Made by a program: the position numbers and the translations under genes. Below, in pieces: positions 28,730 through 37,570 of a stretch of DNA of 64,000 nt (the stretch's first letter is position 1; the number at the start of each line of letters is the position of its first letter). Below the pieces are notes generated by a model. The model was not told where the DNA came from, did not search any database, and worked only from the letters and a program-made list of their open reading frames with translations. This stretch comes from Bacillota bacterium (GTDB taxonomy: Bacteria > Bacillota > Dethiobacteria > DTU022 > UBA8154). The stretch is taken from contig JAAZMP010000098.1 in the NCBI GenBank assembly GCA_012798755.1, positions 12,082 through 76,081 on the forward strand. Reading direction: 5' to 3'.

Positions 28730-29524
28730 TTATTTGCCTAAAGGATAGTCCTCTTTTAAACCACAACAACATTCCCTTGCTGCGGGCATGGATACTGCCG
28801 TTTCCATGAATATTTCCCGAATTAGATCTATCTTTTTACCCATTACTTCGACAACCTCCCGGTGTGTGAGAGTATGCGAGGATATTCCGGCAGCAAAATT
28901 TGTAACCAAAGAAAGGTTAGCATAACACAGCCCCGCCTCTCGGGCCAGGGTAACTTCCGGGACATTTGTCATTCCTACTACATCAGCCCCCCAAAGAGCA
29001 AAGGCTTTGATTTCCGCCGGTGTTTCATAGCGGGGCCCTTCTGTACAGATATAGGTACCTTTTTTTGCAAAAGTTATTCCTTTTTCCAACATAACATTTT
29101 TCAAAATTTCTCTTAATTGCGGGCAGTAGGGATCGGTAAAATCGGTATGAACAACGCCATTGGCATTTGTCCCATCATAAAATGTATGTTCCCGGTTTTT
29201 TGTAAAATCTATGAATTGATCAATTATAGCTATCGAGCCCGGGGGAAGCTCTTTTTTTAAAGATCCGACTGCTGTTGTAGCCAGGATTCTGGCAACCCCA
29301 ATGTTTTTCAAAGCAGCAATATTAGCACGGTAGTTTATGCGATGGGGCGGTAGTTCATGTTTACCTCCATGGCGCGCTAAAAAAGCAATAGCAATTTTAT
29401 TAACATTGCCGATCGTTATTTGCACTTTACCGTATGCCGTTTTAACTTCTACTTCTTCAGGATTGTTTATGACCTTGGCATCATAAAAACCTGTTCCACC
29501 AATAATTGCTATTTTAGCTTTCAT
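28730..29524 (-). CDS. mtnP: S-methyl-5'-thioadenosine (or thioinosine) phosphorylase, MTAP/MtnP type
   Basis: It is a PNP/UDP_1 family member (IAIIGGTGFY, RHG..H..PP..INYRANI, GMT..PE). The strong SD GGAGGAG is displaced about 28 nt from the ATG, with a GCCTGG-TTAC-CCAGGC hairpin in between. Confidence 0.9.
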   Translation of the reverse strand: MKAKIAIIGGTGFYDAKVINNPEEVEVKTAYGKVQITIGNVNKIAIAFLARHGGKHELPPHRINYRANIAALKNIGVARILATTAVGSLKKELPPGSIAIIDQFIDFTKNREHTFYDGTNANGVVHTDFTDPYCPQLREILKNVMLEKGITFAKKGTYICTEGPRYETPAEIKAFALWGADVVGMTNVPEVTLAREAGLCYANLSLVTNFAAGISSHTLTHREVVEVMGKKIDLIREIFMETAVSMPAARECCCGLKEDYPLGK

Positions 29525-29592
29525 AACAGATAAGCCTGGGTAACCAGGCGTTCTCCTCCTTTTTCCTTAAGGTTTGCAATAGCACGACAGTT

Positions 29593-30843
29593 CTAGGAAT
29601 TAACTTCCCAGCTTTCCAGATAGTTTTTCTGCTCTGCAGTAAGCGAATCAATTTTTAGTCCAATGCCTTCAAGTTTTAGCCAGGCAACATCTCTATCCAA
29701 TTCCGGGGGTAGCGATAGAACTTTCTTTTCCAGTCGGCTTTTATTTTGAAGAAGATAATTTAAGGCTAGAACCTGCAAAGCAAAAGACATATCCATAATT
29801 TCCGCTGGATGGCCGTCAGCTGCTGCTAAGTTAACCAATCTTCCCTCACCGAGCAAGTATATACAGCGACCATCCTTGAAATAATAAGCATCTATGTTTT
29901 TGCGAACTCTATGTGGGCCATCCGTTAACGATGCCAGCGCTTTTTTATCTATTTCAATATCAAAATGGCCGGCATTGGCCAGTATGGCTTTGTCTTTCAT
30001 CACAGCAAAATGTTCCCCGGTAAAAACTTTGCTGCACCCTGTTACTGTTATAAAAATATCTCCCTGTGAAGCAGCCTTGGCCAAAGGCATTACCTGAAAA
30101 CCGTCCATATGGGCTTCAAGTGCCTTAACAGGATCTATTTCACAGACAATAACCCTGGCACCAAGTCCTTTGGCTCTCATGGCAACACCTTTGCCGCACC
30201 AGCCGTATCCTGCCACAACGACATTTTTCCCCGCCACGATCAGGTTGCTGGTACGCATGATTCCATCCCAGACTGACTGCCCTGTCCCATAACGGTTATC
30301 AAAAAGATATTTGCAACGAGCATCATTGACCGCTATCATAGGAAAGCCTAAAATTTTGTTTTTTTCCATGGCTCTGAGCCTGATAAGGCCGGTTGTTGTT
30401 TCTTCAGCACCGCCAATTACACGGGGAATACGATCTTGAAAGTTTTTGTGCAGGAGGGAAACAAGATCACCCCCGTCATCAATAATCAAATGGGGTTTTT
30501 TGCTTGCGGTTAAATAAAGATGTTCCTCATATTCTTCCGCAGAAGCATCATGCCAGGCATATACCTCTATCCCTTCACTATGCAAAGCCGCAGCTACATC
30601 ATCCTGTGTGGAAAGGGGATTGCTGCCGGTGATAACAACTTTTGCACCGGCTTCTTGAAGCATAAGAGCCATGAATGCTGTTTTAGCCTCCAGGTGAATA
30701 CAAATGGCAATGTTAAGGTCTCTAAAAGGTTTATTTTCTCCGTATCTTTTTTGTAGCTCCCTGAGAACAGGCATATGTTCCCGTACCCATAAAATTTTTT
30801 CCATACCCTTAGGGGCAAGGCTTTCATTTTTTATCAAGGACAA
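29593..30843 (-). CDS. ahcY: Adenosylhomocysteinase
   Basis: It has the NAD-binding motif VVAGYGWCGKG, plus TTTG and NLAAADGHPAEIMD. I chose the TTG at 30843, which lies 6 nt after GGAAGGGTG and gives MSLIKNESLAPKG... The longer track ORF would have to encode a 10-bp perfect inverted repeat. Confidence 0.9.
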   Translation of the reverse strand: MSLIKNESLAPKGMEKILWVREHMPVLRELQKRYGENKPFRDLNIAICIHLEAKTAFMALMLQEAGAKVVITGSNPLSTQDDVAAALHSEGIEVYAWHDASAEEYEEHLYLTASKKPHLIIDDGGDLVSLLHKNFQDRIPRVIGGAEETTTGLIRLRAMEKNKILGFPMIAVNDARCKYLFDNRYGTGQSVWDGIMRTSNLIVAGKNVVVAGYGWCGKGVAMRAKGLGARVIVCEIDPVKALEAHMDGFQVMPLAKAASQGDIFITVTGCSKVFTGEHFAVMKDKAILANAGHFDIEIDKKALASLTDGPHRVRKNIDAYYFKDGRCIYLLGEGRLVNLAAADGHPAEIMDMSFALQVLALNYLLQNKSRLEKKVLSLPPELDRDVAWLKLEGIGLKIDSLTAEQKNYLESWEVNS

Positions 30844-30884
30844 AGCAAACACCCTTCCGGAATAGAATTTAAATAAACTTTCGA

Positions 30885-30917
30885 GGAAAGATATGATAAT
30901 TCCTGCAATATCTTTCC
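30885..30917 (-). promoter_or_regulatory. Perfect 10-bp stem hairpin in the ahcY leader
   Basis: The minus strand reads GGAAAGATAT-N13-ATATCTTTCC. It lies between the tRNA-operon terminator and the ahcY SD. Confidence 0.35.
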
Positions 30918-30946
30918 CCATTTACTATAACCGTTTTTGCCAGTCT

Positions 30947-30977
30947 AAATAAAAAAACTCCGGATGTGCCAGGAGTT
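30947..30977 (-). terminator. Terminator of the tRNA operon
   Basis: The minus strand reads AACTCCTGG-CACAT-CCGGAGTT followed by TTTTTATTT. Confidence 0.65.
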
Positions 30978-30990
30978 TTTTAAAAAGCTA

Positions 30991-31076
30991 TGGTGCGAGA
31001 GGGGGGATTTGAACCCCCACATCCTTGCGGACACCAGGTCCTGAACCTGGCGCGTCTGCCGTTCCGCCACTCTCGC
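30991..31076 (-). tRNA. tRNA-Leu (anticodon CAG), long variable arm
   Basis: The reverse complement is GCGAGAGTGGCGGAA...CCAGG-UUCAGGA-CCUGG...GGTTCAAATCC...CTCTCGCACCA. Confidence 0.95.
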
Positions 31077-31083
31077 AAAAAAA

Positions 31084-31159
31084 TGGTGAGCCATCCAGGA
31101 TTCGAACCTGGGACACCCTGATTAAAAGTCAGGTGCTCTGCCGCCTGAGCTAATGGCCC
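31084..31159 (-). tRNA. tRNA-Lys (anticodon UUU)
   Basis: The reverse complement is GGGCCATTAGCTCAG...CCTGA-CUUUUAA-TCAGG...GGTTCGAATCC...ATGGCTCACCA. Confidence 0.95.
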
Positions 31160-31194
31160 ACATCGGGGGCCAAAGTTCCCCCTTTGGAATATAA

Positions 31195-31281
31195 TGGTGG
31201 AGAGGACTGGATTCGAACCAGTGAAGGCAACGCCAGCAGATTTACAGTCTGCCCCCTTTGGCCGGACTTGGGTACCTCTCC
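31195..31281 (-). tRNA. tRNA-Tyr (anticodon GUA), long variable arm
   Basis: The reverse complement is GGAGAGGTACCCAAG...GCAGA-CUGUAAA-TCTGC...GGTTCGAATCC...CCTCTCCACCA. Confidence 0.95.
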
Positions 31282-31294
31282 ATCTTATATTTTC

Positions 31295-31371
31295 TGGAGC
31301 CGACGATGGGACTCGAACCCGCAACCTGCTGATTACAAATCAGCTGCTCTAGCCTGTTGAGCTACGTCGGC
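31295..31371 (-). tRNA. tRNA-Thr (anticodon UGU)
   Basis: The reverse complement is GCCGACGTAGCTCAAC...GCTGA-UUUGUAA-TCAGC...GGTTCGAGTCC...CGTCGGCTCCA. Confidence 0.95.
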
Positions 31372-31403
31372 ATGCACTTTATCTATTTGTCAGTGCCTTT
31401 AAC

Positions 31404-31432
31404 AGTATAACCTATTTTTCTTTAAGCGTCAA
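31404..31432 (-). promoter_or_regulatory. Sigma-A type promoter of the Thr-Tyr-Lys-Leu tRNA operon
   Basis: The minus strand reads TTGACG, a 17-nt spacer, then TATACT, about 30 nt upstream of tRNA-Thr. Confidence 0.7.
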
Positions 31433-31650
31433 CTGTTTTAAACCAACAGCATAATATTTTAAATCATGCCGGGAAATCACCATCTGGATGAAGTATGGTA
31501 GAACTTGCCTAAGTGCCAGGTTGCCGTCGTTAGATTGCCTTATTGTCAGATTATTATCCAGGATAAATGTATAAATAAAATCAACATAGAGTATAACAAA
31601 AAAGAACTACGCAATATTAATTATAGCATTTTCGATGAGGAGGTCAAATC

Positions 31651-32598
31651 ATGTTTTTTCGAGGGTTTGAAAAAATTCTTGAATCAATAAAAATAATCGA
31701 AGAGGATCTGAAAAATGATCCTGATGACAAAGAAAGTATAATTAACAATCTGTTAAATTTACGCAATATCATGGACCAATGCGTAAAATACTGGTTGTAT
31801 TTTGAGGAAAAAGTTAACGAGTTACAAAAAAAATACAATTTTATTTTGCCGGATGTTTTTCCCGATCATTTACTGGAGGATATAAATTTAAAGAGCGAGA
31901 ACACTGATTTCTTACCTGAAATAAGTTCTGATTGTAATAAAAGTACAGTGTCCGGCAAACAATTTTTTTTGAAATTGGAAAGCGAGCAAGGCATTGACTC
32001 TTTCCGAAAAGGGCTTGGATTTTGGGATCTGGCTATGTTGGAAGAAGCCATAAACGAATTCGAAAAAGTCGTAAAGATAGAGCCTAATTTTATTTTTGGC
32101 CATTTTTGCCTGGGGCTGGCCTACAGCCAAAAAGGACTTTATAATCAAGCTCTCAGCAAATTACGATTAGTTAAAGCTTTAAATCGCGATCCTCATCTTA
32201 ATGCTTTTGTTTATAACGCTATCGGTAATATTTATGCCAATGAAAGGCAATACGAGGAGGCATTATATGAATTTTCTTTATCTGTTGAAGAAGATCCCTC
32301 TTTTTACATAGGATATTTCAATATGGGGGCCATCTATTTTAATCTAAGAAAATATAAAAAATCCGCGGAGATTTTTGAAAAAGTTAAAGCTGCCCTGCCT
32401 TATGATTGGGAAGTTTGCTATTGCCTTGGCAGGGCTTACATGCTTATCGGAAAATTTGTCGAAGCACTGCAAAATTTTAAGAAAGCACTCACCTTAAATC
32501 CCATGGAACCAAAAGTACTATTTGAAATGGGTGTGCTGTATGATCTTTTGGGGGACAAAAAAAGTGCCTCTTATTGTTTTGATAATATTAAAAAATAA
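31651..32598 (+). CDS. TPR-repeat protein
   Basis: The ATG lies 7 nt after GAGGAGG. The C-terminal ~200 aa contain about 5 TPR units (e.g. AINEFEKVVKIEPNF..GHFCLGLAYSQKG). The N-terminal ~110 aa are helical and acidic. Confidence 0.8.
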   Translation: MFFRGFEKILESIKIIEEDLKNDPDDKESIINNLLNLRNIMDQCVKYWLYFEEKVNELQKKYNFILPDVFPDHLLEDINLKSENTDFLPEISSDCNKSTVSGKQFFLKLESEQGIDSFRKGLGFWDLAMLEEAINEFEKVVKIEPNFIFGHFCLGLAYSQKGLYNQALSKLRLVKALNRDPHLNAFVYNAIGNIYANERQYEEALYEFSLSVEEDPSFYIGYFNMGAIYFNLRKYKKSAEIFEKVKAALPYDWEVCYCLGRAYMLIGKFVEALQNFKKALTLNPMEPKVLFEMGVLYDLLGDKKSASYCFDNIKK

Positions 32599-32636
32599 TG
32601 ATAAGTTTGATCACGCTGATTAAACCGATGTTTATA

Positions 32637-32672
32637 AAGAGGCAGAAGAGCGGATTCACCCTTCTGCCTCTT
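32637..32672. terminator. Bidirectional terminator between the TPR gene and fdnH
   Basis: AAGAGGCAGAAG-N12-CTTCTGCCTCTT is a 12-bp perfect stem with T/A-rich flanks. Confidence 0.65.
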
Positions 32673-32701
32673 TGTTTCCGATAATACTTTGATAATTGTT
32701 T

Positions 32702-33508
32702 TTATCGGTTCTTTGTTAATGTTGATTCTTTTTCCTTTTTCTCTTGTGCAACTTTATCTTTGCGCAATTTGAACCAGCTGGAAAGCGTACCTGCCGCCAG
32801 CCCAACTGCTGCTAAAGCTTTAAGCGGAGCAGAAGCGGCTTTCCAAAGGTAAAAGGTAGCCAAGGAGAATTTTGGATCGGCAGGCAAGCCATATTTATCC
32901 GGTGCATCAGCAAGTATATAAATTACTGATAAACCGCCCAGTTCTTCCTTGCCATAGATTTGGGCATTAGCATATCCATTTTCCCGAAGCAGAGCCACCC
33001 TGGCCTCTGCTTCGGTAATTTTTTCACTTGCTTCCCCAAAAGAAATTGCATTGGTAGGACAGGCTTTAGCGCATGCAGGTTCTAACCCATTGCTAATCCT
33101 ATCGAAGCAAAAAGTGCATTTCCACGATTTGCCTCCACCTATTTTAGGTACCTGGTAAGGACAGGCAGCAGCACAGGCACCACAACCCACGCAAAGCTCC
33201 ATATCAACTAGAACCGGGCCCAAATCGGTCTTATGGATGGCATCGTAAGGGCAAATATTTGTACATATTGGTTCTGTGCAGTGCATGCAGGAACAAAAGG
33301 AAAAATACCAATTTACTTCCCCATTGTTTGTATATTCATTAAACCTTACCCTGCTCCAGGTATCTGGGCTGAAATCGGAAGGATTCTCGTAGGAACCGGC
33401 AAACGCTGTCTCTGTTGCCGGAAGTTGATTCCAGTTTTTGCAGGCAACTTGACAAGATCGGCATCCTATACATTTAGTTGTATCGATAACCCTAACTTTT
33501 CTTTCCAT
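32702..33508 (-). CDS. fdnH: Formate dehydrogenase iron-sulfur (beta) subunit, FdnH-like, with a C-terminal membrane anchor
   Basis: It has four Cys clusters (CIGCRSCQVAC, CMHCTEPIC, CVGCGACAAAC, and CTFC...C..C). A C-terminal TM helix (LKALAAVGLAAGTLSSWF) is followed by a basic tail. Confidence 0.9.
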   Translation of the reverse strand: MERKVRVIDTTKCIGCRSCQVACKNWNQLPATETAFAGSYENPSDFSPDTWSRVRFNEYTNNGEVNWYFSFCSCMHCTEPICTNICPYDAIHKTDLGPVLVDMELCVGCGACAAACPYQVPKIGGGKSWKCTFCFDRISNGLEPACAKACPTNAISFGEASEKITEAEARVALLRENGYANAQIYGKEELGGLSVIYILADAPDKYGLPADPKFSLATFYLWKAASAPLKALAAVGLAAGTLSSWFKLRKDKVAQEKKEKESTLTKNR

Positions 33509-36499
33509 TTATCCAGCCCTCCTTATATTGCATAAGAATGCTTTAAATTCCGGTATGGTCGTGTTGGCACATCCGATCGACGGCGTAATGTCGTTAGCGA
33601 TCGGACCTTTGGACATACAGGCATAACCCCAGTGCCAGAACATGCCGACTATTTCCTGTTCCTCACCGTCAACTTTTAATGGTTGTAAACGTGGTGTAAT
33701 GCAAGCCGGCGCTTCAAATTGGCCACGTTTGCTTTCCACTATAACCAGATCCCCGTTGTCTATGCCCAGTTTTGCCGCCAACGAAGGGCTAATCTCTACA
33801 AATAAATCCGGCATAGCCTCATTGAGCCAGGGCATATTACGAGTCATCATTCCGGTCTGATAGTGTTCGGTTAACCGGTAGGAAGTAGCAATGTAGGGGA
33901 ACTGCTGTCGATCACCACGCGAATCAGGGTACCACACGGTTATAGCAGGATTATATTGAATGGCAGACAATATGTTATCCACCGGGCTTTCCCAGGGTTC
34001 ATAATGTTCAGGGAAGGGGCCTTCAACCATACCCGGTGCAAAAAAACGTGCCTGTAACTCAGGGTTCATAATATAAGGTGCACGCGCTGTTTCTTCCGGC
34101 GGGATATCGGCATTAAAGTCCGGCACGTCGTTTCTTTTCCATTCTCCATTTTCATACCATAATACCGGTGCATCCGGATCCCAAGGACGACCCTGCGGAT
34201 CGGCAGAACAGCGGTTATAAATAATGCGCCTATTGACCGGCCAAGCAAAGGACCAATCCGGGTTGCTGCCGATACCTTCTGTTTCTTTGATGCGGCGTTT
34301 GCAATGCGGGTCTTCGTCATTATTGTAGTAACCGCTATAAATCCAGTTGCCGCAGGTTGTGGAGCCGTCATCGGCCAACACAGTGAAGTTAGTCAACAGT
34401 TTCCCGCTGTCAGATTCATAGCCGTTAAGCTCCTTGGCTACGGCAACAGCATCAATATCTTCACCGTAGTCCCAGTTTAGTTTTAAAATGGGATCGGCAA
34501 AAGGCCCGGGATCTGCCTCGTATGCTTTACGAATTTTTTTATAAAGCTTATCCACAATCCAAAGATCGGATTTGGCATCTCCCGGTGGTTCCTGTGCTTT
34601 ATAACGCCACTGGATCCAACGTCCGCTGTTGGCCACTGTACCTTCTCGTTCAATATGCAAAGCAGCCGGCAAAAGGAATACCTCAGTGGCAATTGTAGTG
34701 GGATCGACTCCGGGTTCCTTCCAGAAAGTGGCCGTTTCGTTTTCAAATATATCAACGACGACCTGCCAGTCCAGGCTGGCGCTATAGTTGCGCTTACCTG
34801 AGGCGGAGGGGCCACTGACTGCCGGGTTGTCCGCCCAACAGATCATGCCCTTTACTTCCCCTTCGCCCATGTACTTGTACATAGCGATATGTGAACGATC
34901 TTTATTATCCAACTTTGGGTAATAATCATAGCAAAAATCGTTCTCGCTGTTAGCATGTTTGCCCCAGAAAGCTTTAAGCATGCTGATGATAAATTTGGGC
35001 TTATTGCTCCAGTAGCTAGTCGCCGGTGTTTCCACCCTGTTGTAATCCGCAAGGGTAGGATGCAAGGCTGCCTTGGGGTGTCCCAGGTAACCGGGCATAT
35101 TGCCAAAAAGAATGGCCATATCGGTAGAACCCTGCACATTCTGTTGGCCACGCTGGGCATTTACGCCGCCTCCGGCAATACCCATGTTGCCCAGCAGTGT
35201 CTGAACCATAGCGACAGCGCGAACGTTTTCAGAACCATGGGTGAATTGGGTGATACCCATGGCATACATAATATTGCCGGCTTTTCCAGGTTTCCCCGTA
35301 CTGCAGTAAAGGTCAGCAACTGCCAGGAACTTATCTTTGGGGCAACCGGTAATCCGGCAGACTGTATCCACGTCATAACGGGAATAGTGTTTTTTCATTA
35401 GTTGAAAAACACAGTTGGGGTCTTGCAGTGTGTAATCCTTGATGATGTTTCCGTCTCCGTCTGTCTGGTAGGTCCAGGTAGATTTATCATAAGATACTTT
35501 ACCGTTATCATCTACTGCTGCCCCGGAAAAAAGTCCGTCGTTAAAGGAAAATTCAGGGTTTATCAGATAAGAAGCATTAGTGTAATTCACTACATACTCT
35601 TTCTGATAAAGATCGTTTTGAATGGCATAATTTATCAAGCCACCTAAAAAAGCAATATTTGTTCCCGGGCGTATGGGGGCATACAAATCAGCAATGGCAG
35701 CTGTCCGTGTAAAGCGTGGATCCACCACTATTAATTTAGCTCCCTTTTCCCGGGCTTTTTGAATCCACCGCATCGATATGGGATGATTTTCGGCAGTATT
35801 TCCGCCAAAATTCATAAGCACATCGGAATTCCGATAATCAATCCAGTGATTAGTCATCGCTCCTCGACCGAATGAGTTGGCCAGACCGGCCACAGTAGAA
35901 GAGTGTCAAAGACGAGCGCAGTGGTCAATGTTGATAATCCCCAGCGCTTTGGCCAGCTTGTGAAAAAGATAATTTTCTTCATTGTTGCACATAGCGCTGC
36001 CCAGCCAGGCCAGGGCTTTACTTCTATTTACAGTGACCCCATCGCTGTCGGTTTTTTCAAATGTCGTGTCTCTAGTTTTTTTAATCCGTTGGGCAATGGT
36101 TTCCAAAGCCCAATCCCAATCCTTAACCTCCCAATCAGTAGCATATGGTGCACGGTATAGAACCTGTGTCAGCCGCCTGGGGTTAATTTGCGGCACACCT
36201 TTCTCATCATAAACATAGGCCATGTTATAAAGGGCAGACCCTTTACTGCAAAGTGCCCCTTCGTTGATCGGATGATCAGGGTCACCCTCTGTGCCCACTA
36301 CTTTGCCATCTTCAACATAACAAATAATTCCACATCCTACACCACAAAACGGGCAGATCGTGGTAGATGACTCTGCGTATTGGATCCTCAGATCTTTAGA
36401 AACAACCTTCTCTTCAGGGGTAAGGCCCAGTTTCAAAGCTAAGCTTCCCGTAATTACTGCGCCGGATATCCATAAAAAGTTTCTTCGAGAAATCTTCAT
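33509..36499 (-). CDS. fdnG: Formate dehydrogenase catalytic (alpha) subunit, Tat-exported, selenocysteine at the in-frame TGA 35906-35908
   Basis: The track splits it into 35906..36499 and 33509..35893, but the two parts are in one frame: ...[31 protein letters not shown], the canonical Sec motif of FdnG/FdhF. It has the twin-arginine signal MKISRRNFLWISG, the 4Fe-4S motif CPFCGVGCG, and molybdopterin oxidoreductase domains. Confidence 0.9.
35878..35908 (-). other. UGA(Sec) codon plus SECIS-like hairpin of fdnG
   Basis: The mRNA reads UGA CAC UCU UCU ACU G-UGGCC-GGUCU-GGCCA. The GGUCU apical loop lies within the AGL codons, as in E. coli fdhF/fdnG SECIS elements. Confidence 0.6.
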
Positions 36500-36667
36500 G
36501 AAGGTATTTCACCTCATTTCAGTAATAAATGCCAAAGATAAATAAAAAATAAACATAAAAAAGATAAATATTAGATGATAAGAATATATAAATATTGACC
36601 CCATTTTAAGAATAAGTTTCAAAATAAAACGGCCACCATAAAAAATATCCGGCTTATGTTAATCAGA

Positions 36668-37570
36668 CTAATTCAGTACAGCTGCTTCACCAGGTGGTTT
36701 ATAACCCTCCTCCCTAGCCAGTACATCTAAATAACCAGTTGCTAATGCTTCGACTTCCAGTGAAACGTCTTTTTCCAAGACCTTCCCGTCAACAGTTTTC
36801 AGGTAAAGCTTACACTTTTCGCAGACATGGACCTGGCGGGCTTTATCACCTACCACGTAGAAAAAACGCAGCTTTTTTTGCTCCGCATTGTGACAGTAGG
36901 GACATTCCAGGCGGGGGTAAACCCATTCTGCATGGCAAAGCCAGCACCCCAGAACCCGCGCGCCATTTTCGCTTCTATGCCTGGCCATAACTGCTGTTTG
37001 GCCGCATATAGGACAGTAGCCCTGGCGCCATATTGTAAAACCTACTTGTTGGTTCACCTCCCTCATGTAGGCACTGTAAAATGGACTGAGACTCGTAAAA
37101 ACGACAAAAGAAATAATCTCTCCATCCAGTCCTATTTTTTTATCAATTTTTTGTTTCCTTATAAAATCTTCCAGCTCCTGTTTGTTAAATAAGGCTATTG
37201 CCCCTAAAAATTCCTCCAGATTACCATTTTTAAAAACATTTGCTCCGGGTAATTCTAAAAGTGATTCGGGTGCTGCAGGGCTGGCTTCCTTGAGTGCTTT
37301 ACAAGTAGCGCTGAGAATTTTCATGAAAAGATCCGAATTTATTTCCAGTTTTTTTTCGGCCAATAAATATTTTTCATTTCGGAAACAATTTTTGATTTCT
37401 TCAGCGGAAAGACCATTGTGGATGTTTCCAATTTTATGCAAATAGCTTAATTGAACCTTCAGGATTTTTTTATAGATTTTAAAAATCGGTGCCAAATCGT
37501 TATTTTTTTGAAGATGATGTTCGATTTCCTTGGTTACCAACTTCATAGACGGCGGGTAGTGTTGTCCCAT
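36668..37570 (-). CDS. fdhE: Formate dehydrogenase accessory protein FdhE
   Basis: It has four CxxC pairs with FdhE spacing (CPICG, CWLCH, CPYCH, CEKCK) and lies directly upstream of fdnG. Confidence 0.85.
   Translation of the reverse strand: MGQHYPPSMKLVTKEIEHHLQKNNDLAPIFKIYKKILKVQLSYLHKIGNIHNGLSAEEIKNCFRNEKYLLAEKKLEINSDLFMKILSATCKALKEASPAAPESLLELPGANVFKNGNLEEFLGAIALFNKQELEDFIRKQKIDKKIGLDGEIISFVVFTSLSPFYSAYMREVNQQVGFTIWRQGYCPICGQTAVMARHRSENGARVLGCWLCHAEWVYPRLECPYCHNAEQKKLRFFYVVGDKARQVHVCEKCKLYLKTVDGKVLEKDVSLEVEALATGYLDVLAREEGYKPPGEAAVLN

Noticed and set aside
30980-31324. 114-aa minus-strand ORF (also 15752..15949 on plus and 42320..42619 on minus)
   Set aside because: These ORFs run straight through tRNA genes: Leu/Lys/Tyr/Thr, Trp and Pro respectively. 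Their Gly/Arg/Pro-rich translations are what structured GC-rich tRNA sequence produces, so they are spurious.
33642-35647. Numerous 60-150-aa ORFs antisense to or out of frame within fdnG. The same occurs within mutS, mutL, HK, rtcB, mtaD, ispH/rpsA, plsY (48945..49301) and DUF2062 (44947..45189).
   Set aside because: All are fully nested in long, motif-rich genes. They lack SD sequences and have low-complexity or Ser/Leu/Arg-rich translations, so I treat them as shadow ORFs.
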